Assembly (NCBI GenBank): GCA_015488125.1
Contig: WFOJ01000096.1
Coordinates: forward strand, 1 to 51,471
Length of the DNA: 51,471 nt
Reading direction: 5' to 3'
Origin: Mariprofundaceae bacterium
GTDB lineage: Bacteria > Pseudomonadota > Zetaproteobacteria > Mariprofundales > Mariprofundaceae
Below the pieces are notes generated by a model, which saw only the letters and a list, made by a program, of their open reading frames with translations, ran no database searches and had not been told where the DNA came from. The position numbers and the translations under genes were made by a program. Position 1 is the first letter of the stretch. Every line of letters begins with the position of its first letter. This document shows positions 47,527-51,471 of the stretch, piece by piece.

Positions 47527-47599
47527 GTCATGCTGACAATAAAACGGCGCCAACTTGTTGTCGCTCCTTTTTTCGGTATCAAGGTTGACTGACGCATCT

Positions 47600-48427
47600 G
47601 TGCAGCCCCGGCAACGCGCCATTGGTCTGATTGCCGGTTATGGCATGTTTCCACTGGAGGTGGTGGATCAACTAAAGAACGAGGGTTATCAGGTACACGT
47701 GGTGGCTGCCCGTGAGGAAACATCGCAGGAGATTGAGGCGGTCGCTGACTCTGTGTGCTGGCTACATGTCGGGCAGATCGGCGCTATGATCAAGGCGTTA
47801 AAAGCCCGTGGTGTCGATGAAGTCATTATGGCCGGCAAGGTACGCAAACTGCACCTGTTCCGTAATTTTCGTCCCGATCTTGTGGCCATTAAATCCCTGC
47901 TTCGCCTACCAGATCGTCGTGACGACAGTATTATGCTGGAGATCACCCGGCTTCTCGCTGAAGCAGGCATTCGTTTGTTACCCCAGGTTGATGTGGTTCC
48001 CGGTATGGTGGCCAGCAAAGGCCATTTATTTGGTCCGAAACCGGACAAGCAGATATTGCGGGACATCCGTTTCGGTGTTCCTCAAGGACGTGGTATTGCG
48101 GCACTGGATATTGGGCAGACAGTTGTTGTACAACAAGGCGCAGTACTCGCTGTTGAAGCCATTGAAGGAACCGATGAAGCCATTCGCCGGGGTGGCGAGC
48201 TGGGCAATGGCAAGGCAGTGGTGATCAAGGTGGCCAAACCGGCACAGGATCTTCGTTTTGATGTACCCGCCATTGGCCCGGATACGTTGTGGAATATGCA
48301 GCAGGCGGGATGTCGGGCCATTGCTGTGCAGGCAGGCTGCACCTTGTTGATTGAACGTCAAAGACTTGCCGAACAAGCCCGTGATCTGCGTATTACCGTG
48401 TTTGGCTTTGATAATAGTGAGTACTGA
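47600..48427 (+). CDS. lpxI: UDP-2,3-diacylglucosamine pyrophosphatase LpxI (DUF1009)
   Basis: IGLIAGYGMFP, DIGQTVVVQQGAVLAVEAIEGTDEAIRRGG and DLRFDVPAIGPDT. It sits between lpxA and lpxB as in the described lpxI loci. The start is uncertain (TTG 47555 or GTG 47600). Confidence 0.8.
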   Translation: MQPRQRAIGLIAGYGMFPLEVVDQLKNEGYQVHVVAAREETSQEIEAVADSVCWLHVGQIGAMIKALKARGVDEVIMAGKVRKLHLFRNFRPDLVAIKSLLRLPDRRDDSIMLEITRLLAEAGIRLLPQVDVVPGMVASKGHLFGPKPDKQILRDIRFGVPQGRGIAALDIGQTVVVQQGAVLAVEAIEGTDEAIRRGGELGNGKAVVIKVAKPAQDLRFDVPAIGPDTLWNMQQAGCRAIAVQAGCTLLIERQRLAEQARDLRITVFGFDNSEY

Positions 48428-49580
48428 ATCGCCGCCGCGGCATATTCTTGTGTGTAGCGGTGAAGCGTCCGGCGATATGCATGGGGCGGCATTGATTCGT
48501 GCGCTTCGCCAGCAACATCCGGATATGCGTATTTCTGCCGTTGCCGGCGAAGCCATGCGGCGCGCAGGCTGCCATACCGTGGTTCCCATGGAATCACTGA
48601 ATGTCATGGGGCTTGGCGATGTCTTGCGGGCGCTGCCCCGCGTTTTGGGTGTTGCCCGCACCATCACCGAATGGGCACAACAGCAACGCCCTGATCTGGT
48701 CGTGTTAATTGATTTCCCCGGCTTTCATCTTCGCCTTGGCAAGCGCCTGCGTCGCCTCGGTATTCCCGTGCTGTATTACATCGCCCCCAAACTCTGGGCC
48801 TGGGGTAGCTGGCGCGTAAAACGTCTGGCACAGGCACAGGATCGCCTGGCCTGTATTCTACCTTTTGAGGCCAAATGGTTTGCTGCCCGTGGTATTCAGG
48901 CACGTTATGTCGGTAACCCCAGTGCGTTTGCCTGCCATGATCGGGGCTGGTCGCGGCAGGCACTGTGCCAGCATCTGAAGCTGGATGCGCAACGACCAGT
49001 GATCGCCTTGCTGCCTGGCAGTCGCAATAGTGAGTTGACCAGGCATGCACAGCTGCTTGCTGACGTCGCCCGCGCTTTGCAACAATCCATCCCCGGCCTG
49101 CAATGCATTGCCTGCCGTGCCCCGGGCATCAGCGATATGCAGCTTTCTCCCTTGCTTGATGCAGGCTGTGTCGTACTGGATCGTCTGCATCAGGATTATG
49201 CCCTGCGCGTTGATGCTGCACTGGCAGTCTCGGGGACAGCGACGCTGGAGTTGGCTTTATGGAATACACCTACTGTGCTGGTATATCGTAACAGTGCCAC
49301 CATGATGTTTCTGGCCAGACGACTGGTTGCCCTGCGTTGTGCCGGCCTGGCCAATATTATCATGGATGATACCCCGGTGATGCCTGAATGCATCCAGGAG
49401 CAGGCAACGGTGGAACGCATTATGCCTTTGATGCACAGCTTGCTCACCAATCCCGATGCGGCAAAACGGCAGCGCCTGCAATTTGCCACCCTGCGTCAGC
49501 GTCTGGGCAACCAGAATCCGGCCATTGGCCTGTGTCAGATGATTGATGAAATATTGGGCTCATCCCCCATCGCAAGCTGA
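48417..49580 (+). CDS. lpxB: lipid-A-disaccharide synthase
   Basis: ILVCSGEASGDMHGAALIRAL, IDFPGFHLRL, YYIAPKLWAWG and LPGSR. I chose the GTG at 48417, which gives about 387 aa like known LpxB. The track ORF start at 48351 lies inside lpxI. Confidence 0.9.
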   Translation: MSTESPPRHILVCSGEASGDMHGAALIRALRQQHPDMRISAVAGEAMRRAGCHTVVPMESLNVMGLGDVLRALPRVLGVARTITEWAQQQRPDLVVLIDFPGFHLRLGKRLRRLGIPVLYYIAPKLWAWGSWRVKRLAQAQDRLACILPFEAKWFAARGIQARYVGNPSAFACHDRGWSRQALCQHLKLDAQRPVIALLPGSRNSELTRHAQLLADVARALQQSIPGLQCIACRAPGISDMQLSPLLDAGCVVLDRLHQDYALRVDAALAVSGTATLELALWNTPTVLVYRNSATMMFLARRLVALRCAGLANIIMDDTPVMPECIQEQATVERIMPLMHSLLTNPDAAKRQRLQFATLRQRLGNQNPAIGLCQMIDEILGSSPIAS

Positions 49581-49900
49581 TCATGACAGCTCTCTGATTG
49601 TCCACTTTGCCGTGTTTTTTTGCAGGCAAGCATCATGACAAAGCTTGTTTCTGCTGTTAGGGTGCGCGGCCTTTTTCAGGCGAGAGGGGATAAGCCAACT
49701 GATTGCTGCAAGGCTTGTCATTCGCCATTTGTGAGTTTTACAAGCTGTTTGCAAAACGTCTGCTGAATGAACTGCCAGCTCGCATCAGGCCGAGAAGGTT
49801 CTGATGCGAGGCAGTCAGCGGTGATCAGGATTTTGCGAGCAGCTCTCATGTCAAGTTTATGGTGCGGTGAGTACGTTGCCGTGCTGCTATGGAGTTGTTT

Positions 49901-51471
49901 ATGCGTCAGTCATCGGAATTCGTGAGCGCGCCGGGCAAGCAGGGCTTATACGATCCGGCTTATGAGCATGATGCCTGTGGTGTCGGCTTTATTGCCCATA
50001 TTCGCAATAAAAAAAGTCACGATATTGTTGCTCGCGGCCTGGAAATCCTGCTGCGACTGACGCATCGTGGCGCGGCTGGCGCCGATCCGCGTGAGGGTGA
50101 TGGCGCTGGCATCCTGATTCAGATTCCCGACGCTTTTTTCCGGGAAGAAACTGCTGCCTTGGGAATTTCCCTACCTGAAGCTGGCAACTATGCCGTTGGC
50201 ATGTGCTTCTTGCCACAGGATACAGTTCGCCGCCAGCAGTGCGAGCGTATCGTGGAAGAAAACATTGCCGCACACGGACTGACGCTGCTGGGTTGGCGCG
50301 ATGTTCCTGTGGATGCCGATGCCGCTGATTTGCCAGCCAGCGTGCGGGGCTGCGAGCCAGTGATACGGCAGGTATTCATCGGTCGGGGCGCTTGCAGTGA
50401 CCAGGATGCTTTTGAACGCAAGTTGTTTGTGGTGCGTAAGCTAAGCAGTCATCAGGCTGCTGACATTGCTGCTGCTGATGCCGCCGGCTTTTATGTTTGC
50501 TCCATGTCCAGCCGCACAATTGTTTACAAGGGCATGTTTCTCTCGCATCAGGTGGGCGCATATTTCAGCGATTTGCGTGATGAACGTATGGTTTCGGCGC
50601 TGGCTTTGGTGCATCAGCGTTTCTCGACCAACACCTTTCCTTCCTGGGAACTGGCCCACCCTTTTCGCATGATGGCCCATAACGGTGAAATCAACACCGT
50701 GCGTGGCAATATCAACTGGATGAACGCCCGGCGTCATTCGATGAAATCCGAGCTTTTTGGCGATGATCTGGCGCAGCTCTGGCCTGTTATTGACGAAGGT
50801 CAGTCAGACACTGCCTGTTTTGATAACGCTCTGGAGCTGTTAACACTCGGCGGTTATTCGTTGGCTCATGCGGCGATGTTGATGATTCCCGAAGCCTGGG
50901 CCGGCAATCAGCTCATGGATGCTCAGCGGCGTGCTTTTTACGAATACCATGCGGCGTTGATGGAACCATGGGATGGCCCGGCGGCGGTGGCGTTTACCGA
51001 TGGTCGCCAGATTGGTGCCACGCTGGATCGTAACGGCTTGCGCCCGGCCCGTTATCTGGAAACCCGCGACGGTCTGGTGGTGATGGCCTCGGAAATGGGT
51101 GTGCTTGATATTCCTGAAGAGGATATTGTGCGCAAATGGCGCTTGCAGCCTGGTCGCATGTTTTTGATTGATCTGGAGCAAGGACGCATTATTGACGATG
51201 AAGAGCTTAAGCAGGAACTGGCCGGGGCGCGTGATTATCAGACCATTCTGAACGAAACGCAGCTGCATCTTGGCCAGTTACCCCATGAAGTCGAGCCCAT
51301 GACGGCTGACCATGGTACGTTGCTGGATCGTCAGCGTGCCTTTGGCTATTCGAAGGAAGATCTCAAGTTTCTGATGACACCGATGGCCACTTCCGGTCAG
51401 GAAGGCATTGGCTCCATGGGCAATGATTCGCCATTGAGCGTGCTTTCCAATCGTTCCAAACCCTTGTTTAA
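49901..51471 (+). CDS. gltB: glutamate synthase large subunit, N-terminal ~523 codons (continues past window end)
   Basis: Absent from the ORF track (no stop within the window). My translation is MRQSSEFVSAPGKQGLYDPAYEHDACGVGFIAHIRNKKSHDIVARGLEILLRLTHRGAAGADPREGDGAGILIQ.., the Ntn amidotransferase start of GltB. GGAG lies 7 nt upstream. Confidence 0.93.
   Translation, partial: MRQSSEFVSAPGKQGLYDPAYEHDACGVGFIAHIRNKKSHDIVARGLEILLRLTHRGAAGADPREGDGAGILIQIPDAFFREETAALGISLPEAGNYAVGMCFLPQDTVRRQQCERIVEENIAAHGLTLLGWRDVPVDADAADLPASVRGCEPVIRQVFIGRGACSDQDAFERKLFVVRKLSSHQAADIAAADAAGFYVCSMSSRTIVYKGMFLSHQVGAYFSDLRDERMVSALALVHQRFSTNTFPSWELAHPFRMMAHNGEINTVRGNINWMNARRHSMKSELFGDDLAQLWPVIDEGQSDTACFDNALELLTLGGYSLAHAAMLMIPEAWAGNQLMDAQRRAFYEYHAALMEPWDGPAAVAFTDGRQIGATLDRNGLRPARYLETRDGLVVMASEMGVLDIPEEDIVRKWRLQPGRMFLIDLEQGRIIDDEELKQELAGARDYQTILNETQLHLGQLPHEVEPMTADHGTLLDRQRAFGYSKEDLKFLMTPMATSGQEGIGSMGNDSPLSVLSNRSKPLF

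Noticed and set aside
1-51471. Search for CRISPR arrays, tRNA/rRNA genes, prophage or canonical defence genes (restriction enzymes, helicase-nuclease pairs, Cas, retrons)
   Set aside because: I could see no regularly spaced direct repeats, no T-loop or anticodon-arm-like intergenic sequences, and no such protein motifs. The only toxin-antitoxin-like content is the PIN cassette reported above.

Overview
Proteobacterial chromosomal window, about 50% GC by eye, with LPS and outer-membrane housekeeping content. I see no rRNA, tRNA or CRISPR. Positions 1-26519 are entirely minus strand. They hold the 5' part of ileS (not in the ORF track because it runs off the edge) and then a tightly packed ~25 kb surface-polysaccharide (O-antigen/EPS type) locus. 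The upstream end of that locus encodes a Wbp/Wlb-type UDP-2,3-diacetamido-2,3-dideoxy-glucuronate pathway (wbpA, wbpB, wbpD, wbpE). Downstream follow a second SDR plus aminotransferase pair, two AsnB-family amidotransferases, three SAM methyltransferases, two deacetylase-like proteins, a Wzx flippase, four GT-B-type glycosyltransferases and one unknown protein. Three things stand out in this locus. First, a VapB-like antitoxin ORF is followed by a PIN domain fused in frame to the WbpE aminotransferase. Second, an L-2-hydroxyglutarate-oxidase-family gene sits directly after that fusion, where it could recycle the 2-hydroxyglutarate by-product described for WbpB. Third, a 145-bp MITE with perfect inverted ends and an 8-bp target duplication lies in an AT-rich central block. 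The right half contains apaH; a secreted SH3-like protein; a cobalamin riboswitch driving btuB, a tonB-like gene and btuFCD; then bioC, pepA and a PAP2 phosphatase. It continues with a 1271-aa DUF3683-type flavo-iron-sulfur oxidoreductase and leuA, which has a candidate Leu-rich leader peptide and attenuator. A degenerate ISAs1-type transposase remnant carrying a 165-bp palindrome sits where bamA normally precedes skp. The window ends with skp-lpxD-fabZ-lpxA-lpxI-lpxB and the 5' part of gltB. All functional calls come from my own reading of motifs in the translations. No database search was run.
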